Assembly (NCBI GenBank): GCA_016784605.1
Contig: JADHUI010000004.1
Location: forward strand, 7,872-71,871
Source of the DNA: Fidelibacterota bacterium
GTDB taxonomy: Bacteria > Fidelibacterota > Marinisomatia > Marinisomatales > UBA1611
DNA length: 64,000 nucleotides
Direction of reading: 5' to 3'
A program made the translations under genes and the position numbers. The notes under the pieces are model-generated. The model did no database searches. It was not told the origin of the DNA and worked only from the letters and a program-made list of their open reading frames with translations. Positions 1 to 8,517 of this stretch are shown here, one piece after another (within the stretch, counting starts at the first letter, position 1; each line of letters starts with the position of its first letter).

Positions 1-5
1 TTATA

Positions 6-614
6 ATGCCTAACGTGAGCCTTAAAAAAACACGAAATGTGTGGCGGGAATTTGATGTTTCATCTCGACATTCAATTATATATCCAACCCCTTTGCTGAA
101 CATGTTAGCGAGAGGAGGAACAGGAGGTATTATTTCTCCTGAGTTTACTTTCCCTGCTACAGCCATTATATATAATGAATTGTTACTCACTTGGGGGGAC
201 CAAAAACCATATAATATTACCTTTAAACTTGGCGTATCACTTGGATTAGCCGCAGAAAAACTTTCAAAAGGATCAACCATAGATTTGCCGTTAGCTTATC
301 CTCGATTTGCTCCATTATATAATGGATATGGACTTAGAACGGGTGTTGATTTTGCGGGGAAAGTCACAGAAAAGATTCGTTATTTATTAGATGTGGATAT
401 TCATATTCTTCCTGGAATGGAAGGGTCATTTGCTATAGAACATAAAGGAATGATGAGTTGGAATAAAAGCGATCGATTCCGGATATCTTTAGGGTATAAG
501 TTAGTCCATGGAGAATATCCATTTGGGAAAGATACACATATATTACCCTATCTTCCAATGGCCGAAACTTGGGTTCCGTTTATGGATTTCCAATGGGCGT
601 GGGCTCGAAGGTAG
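6..614 (+). CDS. Hypothetical protein, possibly the 3' part of a gene that starts left of the window
   Basis: ORF track. The frame is still open at the window edge (ATA at 3..5), so the ATG at 6 may be internal. No motif recognised. The stop lies 3 nt from the stop of the convergent gene at 618. Confidence 0.4.
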   Translation: MPNVSLKKTRNVWREFDVSSRHSIIYPTPLLNMLARGGTGGIISPEFTFPATAIIYNELLLTWGDQKPYNITFKLGVSLGLAAEKLSKGSTIDLPLAYPRFAPLYNGYGLRTGVDFAGKVTEKIRYLLDVDIHILPGMEGSFAIEHKGMMSWNKSDRFRISLGYKLVHGEYPFGKDTHILPYLPMAETWVPFMDFQWAWARR

Positions 615-617
615 CCT

Positions 618-1694
618 TTAAAAGTTTAACTTTAGCGTCAGCCTCGGAACCCAACCAAGTAACCCTAAATCTGAATAAGCATAATCTAGATTTAAGTGAT
701 AAGGTATAAATGGGAAATTCTTTGAGGATAATCCAAATCCCATAGAAAATCGATTAATATATTCCCCTTCTTCATAGTCTGATAATGCTTTATCTGATAC
801 ATCATCTAAATCATCTGGATATCTCAAAAAAGTATTTTTAACACCCGCTCTGAGATAGAGCAGTTTCATAACCTTTAATTCCGCTCCAGCCATATAAATA
901 GGATTAAAATCTCTTGGGTCGCTGTATTCTACATTAACGGTTAAACGCACCTTTTCTTGTTTTACAAGCGCATTCGGCCCAATGGGTGAAAAGGACAATC
1001 CAACCTTAAAAGTCATGGGAAGAGTCCATTGTTCTGTTGCGAGTCGAGCAATCACGTCAGGGTTTCCATTTAAATCTTCATAAGCGTCAATATCCACTTT
1101 TTGATCCGTTCCGGTCAGGCTCATTTTTGTACCAAAATTAGTAATGGCCATTCCAATTTTAAGCCCAGAAAATGACGTTGTATATTGAGATCCAACGTCA
1201 ATCGCTACTGCATTTGCACTAGAAAAGGATATCGTTTCCCGAACAATTTTAAATTGAATTCCGGTTGAAAATTTATCACTAATTCGCGTTCCATAAGCCA
1301 AACCTAAAGATAAATCGTTGGCGGTAAAGGTTCCTTCACCTTCGGGAGAAAACTCCGTCGTTCGAGTCATTTCACCATAGGACATTTGATTAATACTTAA
1401 GCCGAGGTATCCTTGTCGTCCAAATTGAACAGCCGTTGCGAGATAATTGTGGTTTATCCCAGCAATCCATTCTGTTTGGCTTATCATTATTTCTGATTTA
1501 CCAATACCGGTTATTCCAGCCGGATTCCAAAATAAAGCGGATACATCATTCACCTGCGCCGTAAATGCACCTCCCATTGCTGCCGCTTGACCGCCAACTT
1601 CTACTTTTAAGAAATTAGCTGCCGATGTGGATGCATTATCAAATTGTCCATTTAAAATTGCAATCGTTGTTAAGACAAATAATAATTTCTTCAT
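618..1694 (-). CDS. PorV/PorQ-family outer-membrane beta-barrel protein (T9SS-associated family), minus-arm copy
   Basis: Signal peptide MKKLLFVLTTIAILNG. N-terminal motif AANFLKVEVGGQAAAMGGAFTAQVNDVSALFWNPAG is typical of PorV-like barrels. C-terminal beta-signal LTLKLNF. Alignable with the 15501..16601 product (SQTEWIAGINHNY / SQSNWIAGIDMSY). 4-nt overlap with the upstream gene. Confidence 0.6.
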   Translation of the reverse strand: MKKLLFVLTTIAILNGQFDNASTSAANFLKVEVGGQAAAMGGAFTAQVNDVSALFWNPAGITGIGKSEIMISQTEWIAGINHNYLATAVQFGRQGYLGLSINQMSYGEMTRTTEFSPEGEGTFTANDLSLGLAYGTRISDKFSTGIQFKIVRETISFSSANAVAIDVGSQYTTSFSGLKIGMAITNFGTKMSLTGTDQKVDIDAYEDLNGNPDVIARLATEQWTLPMTFKVGLSFSPIGPNALVKQEKVRLTVNVEYSDPRDFNPIYMAGAELKVMKLLYLRAGVKNTFLRYPDDLDDVSDKALSDYEEGEYINRFSMGFGLSSKNFPFIPYHLNLDYAYSDLGLLGWVPRLTLKLNF

Positions 1695-4600
1695 TTGATC
1701 ACCGCAAACTTTCCAATATGTTCTTTACCATTTTCAAATCCCCCAGATACTACATGGAAGATATAAACACCAAAAGCAACATCTTGATTATTATATGTCC
1801 GTAAATCCCAGGCTTCAATACTCGCTCCCCGATATCCCGGACTCCCATTTTCATGGTTTAAGACTTGTACTAATTCGCCTGCTGAATTATAGATTCGAAT
1901 CATACACTCTTCAGGAAGGCGGGTAAATTGAATTTCCTTTTGATATTGTATATATTCATAAGCGGATGTGACAACATATGGATTTGGGACGACAAGAATT
2001 TCGCTCAAATCCAAATCGGATGAAGTACCATCTGCTGTTGTTTGAATTATGTATTGATCTTCTCCCGGAATAATAGGGTTTGGGAATACAATATCTAACA
2101 TATCCCCATAATTAAAGCGCAAATTGCTTGTATTAAAGTTGAGAACCCAACCCATCAAAACAGCATCATTTGCAAAATGATAGGGAATATTGGAGTCAAC
2201 ATATTCTTCATATATTGGTATCAATTGTAAATTTGTAGAAAGGGAGTAGAAGGAAACCCACGAAGAATCCAATGTTGTATCGGATTCGGTGAAAACAGAA
2301 TCTACTACAATGAGGTTATCCAATGCCCAGGCAGGAGAAGGTTTCGAATTTCCGGCAACTTGATATACTGCCATATTTAACCTTTTGCTATTTTCTGTAT
2401 CCCAAATTTCGATGGGTAGTTGAATCGTGTCGGGCTCAGCATTTCCCCGTAAAATATTCAAATTATAATAGGAAGAAATAGACCCAGATTCTGTAAATCG
2501 AATTTGCAAATCGAAACCTAATTCCTTATAGCCAACAATACCTGATGGCGCAGAAAATCCTGCTGAAGCAGGATAATTGCCATATAAATAATCAACAAAT
2601 CCACCCCAAGATGGGTTGTCAGGTCCAGATGCTCCACCACCTGTAAAAGCAAGGTTGGATGCAAGGGTATCGCCCACGGTTTGAATAACTGTGTCTGCCC
2701 CAGAAATGGTAAACGATGCATGACTAAAGACGGGGATAAAACCATCAATAACATATTTCATTTTTCCTGATTCTACATCGGAATCTTGATCTATAATAGT
2801 TTCTCCCGTTGTTGAGTTTGTTAATGTCCAATATGAAAAATACGTTGTATCCCAATTTGTCGTATCATCATCTGTGGAATCAATATTTACGCCATCATCA
2901 AAAAAGTCCACCAAATATGAATATCCTTTGCTCACAAAATCTGTTTCAGATACTTCATCATTTCCTAAGAATTCAAAAACAAATGCTTCTGCATCTATTG
3001 CACTCAAAGTTGCTTTGGCTAAACCGGTATGTGTAACATTTTTGTCCCCAATTTCATGACCTAACGATTTTCCCGCAGGAACAATTGAAATAGTGTTATC
3101 CCCATCAATAAACGCATTTTTAACTTTTGCATTTTCCATAGGGTCTACAACAGCTCCAGACCAATCATCGGGTCCATCATAAGCAGAAATAGTATACCAA
3201 TATTCATAACCATTTACTAAATCTTGATCAATAAACGAATATCGTAATCCATCGTCATTTCCGAGATTATAATAAATCAACGGATCAGACATTGCATAAG
3301 CTCCATTGAGTCCATCCATTTTATCAAAAATAGCCAGCGGTTTATAAAAATCAGTTGGGTTACCGTTAAAATCTGTAATAACGGATCCCCATGTATTTCC
3401 CCGATCAGAACTTCGATAAATGCGATACCCTTGGAATGCGTTATTTCCTGTTACGGGATCGATAGAATTTTCACTTCGATTATCCCAAAATAATGCTACT
3501 TTTCCATCTTGAGGGACAGCATGAACAACGGGAGGTTGTGGAGGTTGTGGGCTTGCGCAATTATTATTATATAATGATTGAAATACTTTCGCATTTCTTA
3601 ATAAATCCGCTTCATTTATTCCCATAAAATCAGCAAAAGTAAATATAACATATTCCCCTGGAGCCACAGCCATTTCTGGAATCGTATCACCCTCTGCGGA
3701 TATTTGTTCGGGTCCACCCGCCGCAATAATCCATGTAATGTCCGGACCATAAGAATAAGGTTTTTGGAATAAATCATTTGCCGGAGGTTCTACATTGTGA
3801 GGTTCTTGAATCCCGTGACTCATTTGAATATTATAAGCATCATTATCACTTTGGGAATCTTCACTGTATTCATATGTATAAAATGTTGAAATATCATATG
3901 GTTGAGTTGACCCATCCATATTGTATTTTGTACATTCAAGAAATTTAAGCCCAATCCAACCTAATCCAGATGACACAAACCCAGACGACTCATCGTCGGG
4001 GTCCCAAACAATGGCCAAATTTTCTAATAAATGTGCATCTGTAGTATCAGATAATTTTTCTGCAATGTGAGGATCATCTGCAGAAATAAGCATACATAAA
4101 TCATCGGTCCATTCTGCGCTTCCTTGTTCAGGCGCATCTGGATCTCCAGCAATTCCAAAGTATAAATCTCTTAAGGTGTCTTTACCCACATTTGTCATTT
4201 TTTGAATAAAAATAAGCCCATCATTCCCAAAGGTATTTGCATAATTTAACACCCAAGTATCGATGCGGACATTGAGAGGGCCAACGCCATTATTGCTGGC
4301 AAAAGTATTTCCTTGAAGCGGATCATTATCCGTAACAACAAAGTAAGCTTCTCTATCGGCCTGAACGCCCAAGCCACAAGGAGCATCCGGAAATCCTTCC
4401 GGTCCCAATACGGGCTCCACACCCGGGAAATAAAGCGTATCTTCAACATTCCCATTAGCATCGTATAAAACAGAAGCAAACGTTCCTGTTGGATCTGCTT
4501 CAATTGGCCACTCTGTAGGCCAAGATTGTTCTAAGTCGCTAAATGCAATTCCGATATTTTGATCTGTGTCGCTATATCCTGCATCATACCCCGGTAACGG

Positions 4601-4990
4601 TTCAAACTCTTCCTCAGAATCTCTCACAGAACCACGAACACCCACTGAGACAGAAGGGACACCGTTCTTTAATGCGCCCACCATTGGAGCTTGAGTCCAA
4701 TAATATGTACAGCACCCATTTGTAATCATACTTCCTGCGGGAAATTCATGATTTAATCCCCATCGATCGTAACCATATATTGCCGCATTTGACAATCGCA
4801 AAACCATATTACCTTTATCAAGAACACTTCGTTTTCTGTCATCATAAGCGGTAGGTTTAGCAAGAGGAGCTCGTCCTTTTGATGGCGCAATAATTTGATT
4901 ATAATATTCACGTTTAGAAAGCCCGGTTGATGGGTTTCCTGCATGGATTGTAATATTAAGTAATAAGGCAAGGATTAAATATTTTTTCAT
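1691..4990 (-). CDS. 1099-aa secreted protein of unknown function with FN3-like central domain and T9SS/FlgD-Ig-like C-terminal sorting domain
   Basis: Signal peptide MKKYLILALLLNITIHA. FN3-like block PPQPPVVHAVPQDGKVALFWDN...FQGYRIYRS...YEYWYTISAYD. C-terminal domain VVPNPY...IRIYNSAGELV...WDLRTYNNQDVAFGVYIFHV...GKFAVIK. Paralogue of 12195..15485. Confidence 0.7.
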   Translation of the reverse strand: MKKYLILALLLNITIHAGNPSTGLSKREYYNQIIAPSKGRAPLAKPTAYDDRKRSVLDKGNMVLRLSNAAIYGYDRWGLNHEFPAGSMITNGCCTYYWTQAPMVGALKNGVPSVSVGVRGSVRDSEEEFEPLPGYDAGYSDTDQNIGIAFSDLEQSWPTEWPIEADPTGTFASVLYDANGNVEDTLYFPGVEPVLGPEGFPDAPCGLGVQADREAYFVVTDNDPLQGNTFASNNGVGPLNVRIDTWVLNYANTFGNDGLIFIQKMTNVGKDTLRDLYFGIAGDPDAPEQGSAEWTDDLCMLISADDPHIAEKLSDTTDAHLLENLAIVWDPDDESSGFVSSGLGWIGLKFLECTKYNMDGSTQPYDISTFYTYEYSEDSQSDNDAYNIQMSHGIQEPHNVEPPANDLFQKPYSYGPDITWIIAAGGPEQISAEGDTIPEMAVAPGEYVIFTFADFMGINEADLLRNAKVFQSLYNNNCASPQPPQPPVVHAVPQDGKVALFWDNRSENSIDPVTGNNAFQGYRIYRSSDRGNTWGSVITDFNGNPTDFYKPLAIFDKMDGLNGAYAMSDPLIYYNLGNDDGLRYSFIDQDLVNGYEYWYTISAYDGPDDWSGAVVDPMENAKVKNAFIDGDNTISIVPAGKSLGHEIGDKNVTHTGLAKATLSAIDAEAFVFEFLGNDEVSETDFVSKGYSYLVDFFDDGVNIDSTDDDTTNWDTTYFSYWTLTNSTTGETIIDQDSDVESGKMKYVIDGFIPVFSHASFTISGADTVIQTVGDTLASNLAFTGGGASGPDNPSWGGFVDYLYGNYPASAGFSAPSGIVGYKELGFDLQIRFTESGSISSYYNLNILRGNAEPDTIQLPIEIWDTENSKRLNMAVYQVAGNSKPSPAWALDNLIVVDSVFTESDTTLDSSWVSFYSLSTNLQLIPIYEEYVDSNIPYHFANDAVLMGWVLNFNTSNLRFNYGDMLDIVFPNPIIPGEDQYIIQTTADGTSSDLDLSEILVVPNPYVVTSAYEYIQYQKEIQFTRLPEECMIRIYNSAGELVQVLNHENGSPGYRGASIEAWDLRTYNNQDVAFGVYIFHVVSGGFENGKEHIGKFAVIK

Positions 4991-4992
4991 CT

Positions 4993-7900
4993 TTACATTC
5001 CTACACTTAGGCCAATTTCAATATGACGAGGTGAACTGTAATAGTAAGGCCGCCAGAGATACATCGGCGAAACATTGGGGTTGAGATTAACATCCGGTTG
5101 TCCGGAGTTACCAAATACTCTTAATACGTTTTGGTAATTAAATAAATTTGTAATATCCATAAATATCCGAGTTTTTGTTCTTTTTACAGGTAAATCATAA
5201 AAAGCTTTCATGTTGAAATTTGCGGTAGGCGGCATCCTTCCTGAGTTAGGTTCGTCGATTGGACGACCACGTGAATCTGTAGGCGTATAAGGGAGGCCAC
5301 TTCCAACATTTCCTAAAATATTTATTCCAAATCCTTTTGGATGTTGATAATCAATACCCAGGTTTATAGTGTGGGTTTGGTCCCAATCCATCGTAAATGT
5401 ACGATTATAATCACGCCATCCATAGACTGATTCTAGATAAGCCACATCCCAATGGTAAGATGAATTGGGCGCATTTCCTTCTGCGCGAGCCATAGCATAA
5501 TTGAGGTACCAGCTATAATTATTTGAAAATAATTTTTCTAGAGAAATTTCAAAACCGCGTGAATTTGCATAATCCATATTTTCATACACAGCATACTGTT
5601 GTGGGTCTGCATCATAAATTCGTGAGGCAGCATAATCAAATAAATCTTTATAGTATAATGTGGTACTTATAACGTAATGTTTTCCAATCCAAGCTCTGAG
5701 GCCCATTTCATACTGAACAGAACGTTGGGGGCTCACGTTTGGACTTCCAACTTCCGGGATATACCAATCGGATAAATTATATGGAAACGGGAAAAGTGAA
5801 TTTCCGTATAAATTATTATTTTGAGCCATCGTGTTGGCGTTCCCGGACCAACCCGGCGCCATAATGCCGTTGCCTTCTTGATTTCCATAATTAAACATAT
5901 AATACAAATCAGGGAATTGGTAAAAGTGTCCATAGGAAAAATGAAAAGCTACTTTATCTGTTATTGGGTACCCAATACCAAGCCTTGGACTAAATTGACT
6001 TTTTATTTCAGCGTCAGGGGCAGGCGTTCCGCCAGTGATGGTTCCGCTATCATCGCGATTAAGATAACCCCATTCTAGATTATTTGCATTTTCATCTGTT
6101 AACGAACCCACATCGCTAGGTTCTATCCATACGGTTTCACTTCCGTCAGAATAATAATATCCTAATTCGCGGGTTGGATCAGGGTAGTTACTTTTTGGGT
6201 CCAGTTTATCCATTCTTAAACCAATATTTACAACAACATCATTATATTCAATTTTATCCTGGATGTACCAACTTTGAGATTCAGGTTGATGTTCATACAT
6301 TATAAAAGATGGATCGCCGGAATTACCAAAATATCCACCTCCAATTCCATAAGCAGCAAAGCGCGCCAAGTCATATTTTTTTTGCTCAAACCCAGCTTTT
6401 ATTTGGTGTTGTTTGTTCACTTGCCAAGTGAGGTCGCCTCCAACACTATTGTAATTGGACTTATACCATGTATAGTCATGCATTGTGGAAACGCCTTCTC
6501 TAATAGAATCGCCATAAATGTTATAAATATTATACCGTCCATAAAATTCATAATTGGAAGTATTATCATAAGCATCACCTTCCCTTAAGCGCGCATCAAC
6601 GCCCCAATCGTAATTCCCTGGATTTGTTGACGTAGCCCCCGATTGAATATCCCAATATTCATCCGACAGAATTGCTTCTCCGGAATCCCAGATATTATTA
6701 CCATTATCATCGGACCAGTTATAAACATTCCAAGTGCTATCATTATTCCAATCAGAGTAAGGTTCATTATTATCCCAAACGCCATTTCCGTTTTCATCAT
6801 TCCACCATTCTGTAGAATAAACACTCCAAACACCATCACCGTTCATATCTGCAAAAGGTTCGGCATAATACCCCAACCATAAATAATCTTCTCCCGCAGG
6901 AACTGTTTCTGGCGTATACCCATCCCATCCCTCGGGAATATTTATAATTTTACTTTCTAATTCGTGGTTTGGATTTAAGAGCGGTTCATACCCGTACCAA
7001 GATTCTGTTTTATGATCTTGGTAGCGAGCTGTGATATACATATTCTCTGAAACGGCATAGCTTGCTTTTATTTGTAAATCAGATGAAAGATCAAAATCAA
7101 TTCCACTTCTATCGGGTAGTTGGCGATAGCTCATGGAAAATGATTTAGATTCTTCGGAAAATTGATTATATCCTAAGGTGAGTTTTAATTTAGATACTGG
7201 ACGTAAAACAAGTTTTGCATTATATCGATCTCGCAAACGATACGCTCCTGTTTCCTCAATGTTTCCAGCAGATAACATGTCGGGCATGCCATCTAAATTA
7301 ATATCAGACATTGCCAACGTATCTACTTCGTTTACATCTTCGATCCCATCTTCATTTAAGTCAACCCAATTACCATCAATTCCATCATCATTTACATCTT
7401 TCCAAACATCGAAAGGAAGTTTGTTTTTCCACAAAGACGTTCTAGTGTTTAAACGATCTGCTGAAATAAAAAATGTAGCCAAATCAGGATTAAAGGGTAA
7501 TAATGGACCACTCAGAGATCCTTCAATTCGGGATTGATCCCAATCATTTATTTCTGTATTCAAAAAATTATCCGTTACACCGCGCACATTCCAAGAATAG
7601 TCTGAGCGTCCTTCTTTTGTCACAATATTTACAACCCCACTCATGGCCTCGCCATATTCAGCGTTGAAGGCGCCGGTAATAACGGAGAGTTCAGAAATAG
7701 CGCTTCGAGAAATATCCATCCCCATTTCTCCATAAAGTGCATCTTCCACAACAAAACCATCTACAAGAAAAGTGACCTCTCCTGTACGGCCACCCCTAAA
7801 ATGGATTCCACTTTCTGAATTTTCATTTTCAACAACCCCCGCCATGGTTGTCATGGCATCCTGAAAAGAATTGATAGGCATATTATTTAATTTTTCTTCT

Positions 7901-8286
7901 TCCATGGTTATGGTGGTGGCTGTTTGGTCGCGTACAATAATTGGGCGTTCAGCTTCAACCGTTATTTCATCGCCTTCGATAGCGGAGATTTCCATCGAAA
8001 AATTCAATTTAGTTGTATGATTTGCATTAATAATGACGTCTCGCACTACAACTGTTTTATATCCAATATAGGTTGCCGAAACGGTATATTTTGCGGCGGG
8101 AATATGAATGATAGAATAATCACCATCTTTGTTGGTTGCAGTTCCCATTGTTGTTGTTATTAAAACAACGTTTACCCCGATCAAGGATTTCCCGGAAGTA
8201 TTATCGGTGATTTTGCCCGTTATTTTTCCAGTATCCCCAGCAAACAGAAATGATAAAAAGGTGAAAAAGAAGATTCTTTTTTTCAT
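4993..8286 (-). CDS. TonB-dependent receptor, SusC-like architecture with N-terminal CarboxypepD_reg-like domain (about 1097 aa)
   Basis: The ATG at 8286 is preceded by GGAGG (8296..8300, minus strand) and gives signal peptide MKKRIFFFTFLSFLFA. The ORF-track start at 8358 adds 24 aa without a signal peptide. CarboxypepD_reg-like GKITGKITDNTSGKSLIGVNVVL...YTVSATYIGYKT. Plug motif IHFRGGRTGEVTFLVDGF. Long barrel. Confidence 0.85.
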   Translation of the reverse strand: MKKRIFFFTFLSFLFAGDTGKITGKITDNTSGKSLIGVNVVLITTTMGTATNKDGDYSIIHIPAAKYTVSATYIGYKTVVVRDVIINANHTTKLNFSMEISAIEGDEITVEAERPIIVRDQTATTITMEEEKLNNMPINSFQDAMTTMAGVVENENSESGIHFRGGRTGEVTFLVDGFVVEDALYGEMGMDISRSAISELSVITGAFNAEYGEAMSGVVNIVTKEGRSDYSWNVRGVTDNFLNTEINDWDQSRIEGSLSGPLLPFNPDLATFFISADRLNTRTSLWKNKLPFDVWKDVNDDGIDGNWVDLNEDGIEDVNEVDTLAMSDINLDGMPDMLSAGNIEETGAYRLRDRYNAKLVLRPVSKLKLTLGYNQFSEESKSFSMSYRQLPDRSGIDFDLSSDLQIKASYAVSENMYITARYQDHKTESWYGYEPLLNPNHELESKIINIPEGWDGYTPETVPAGEDYLWLGYYAEPFADMNGDGVWSVYSTEWWNDENGNGVWDNNEPYSDWNNDSTWNVYNWSDDNGNNIWDSGEAILSDEYWDIQSGATSTNPGNYDWGVDARLREGDAYDNTSNYEFYGRYNIYNIYGDSIREGVSTMHDYTWYKSNYNSVGGDLTWQVNKQHQIKAGFEQKKYDLARFAAYGIGGGYFGNSGDPSFIMYEHQPESQSWYIQDKIEYNDVVVNIGLRMDKLDPKSNYPDPTRELGYYYSDGSETVWIEPSDVGSLTDENANNLEWGYLNRDDSGTITGGTPAPDAEIKSQFSPRLGIGYPITDKVAFHFSYGHFYQFPDLYYMFNYGNQEGNGIMAPGWSGNANTMAQNNNLYGNSLFPFPYNLSDWYIPEVGSPNVSPQRSVQYEMGLRAWIGKHYVISTTLYYKDLFDYAASRIYDADPQQYAVYENMDYANSRGFEISLEKLFSNNYSWYLNYAMARAEGNAPNSSYHWDVAYLESVYGWRDYNRTFTMDWDQTHTINLGIDYQHPKGFGINILGNVGSGLPYTPTDSRGRPIDEPNSGRMPPTANFNMKAFYDLPVKRTKTRIFMDITNLFNYQNVLRVFGNSGQPDVNLNPNVSPMYLWRPYYYSSPRHIEIGLSVGM

Positions 8287-8517
8287 AAAGCGTTTCCTCC
8301 AGAATAACGCAGGTTGAAAATGAAGTGAAAGGTAGAACGTTAAGGCGGGATGCATCAAGCGAAATATCGCCTATTTCTTAAAAGGCATTTTTATCTTGTT
8401 TTTTCTTGAATCAAATAAAAAAATGTTTCATATTCCGTTCCGCTCTAGGGTTAGTTAAACCCCCAAAAGCCGAGGTTTTTATTATTTTACACATTACTAG
8501 TTAGTCAGGAGTTACTT

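Noticed and set aside
2518-8317. Many 60-120-aa ORFs from the track lying inside or antisense to the large minus-arm genes (for example 2518..2754, 2809..3036, 4246..4503, 5821..6078, 6274..6588, 6585..6839, 7178..7537, 7924..8163).
   Set aside because: They are fully embedded in long ORFs with clear family motifs. They have low-complexity or hydrophobic junk translations and no SD or signal features. They are typical shadow ORFs of an AT-rich genome.
8426-8437. The 12-mer TTTCATATTCCG occurs in the divergent TBDR intergenic region and again at 25929..25940, upstream of the CPBP protease gene.
   Set aside because: A single 12-nt match between AT-rich intergenic regions is within chance expectation. 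It is not palindromic and has no consistent distance to start codons.
8287-8517. Possible riboswitch (for example cobalamin) ahead of the TonB receptors.
   Set aside because: No B12-box or other conserved riboswitch core is recognisable by eye. It would need a covariance-model scan.
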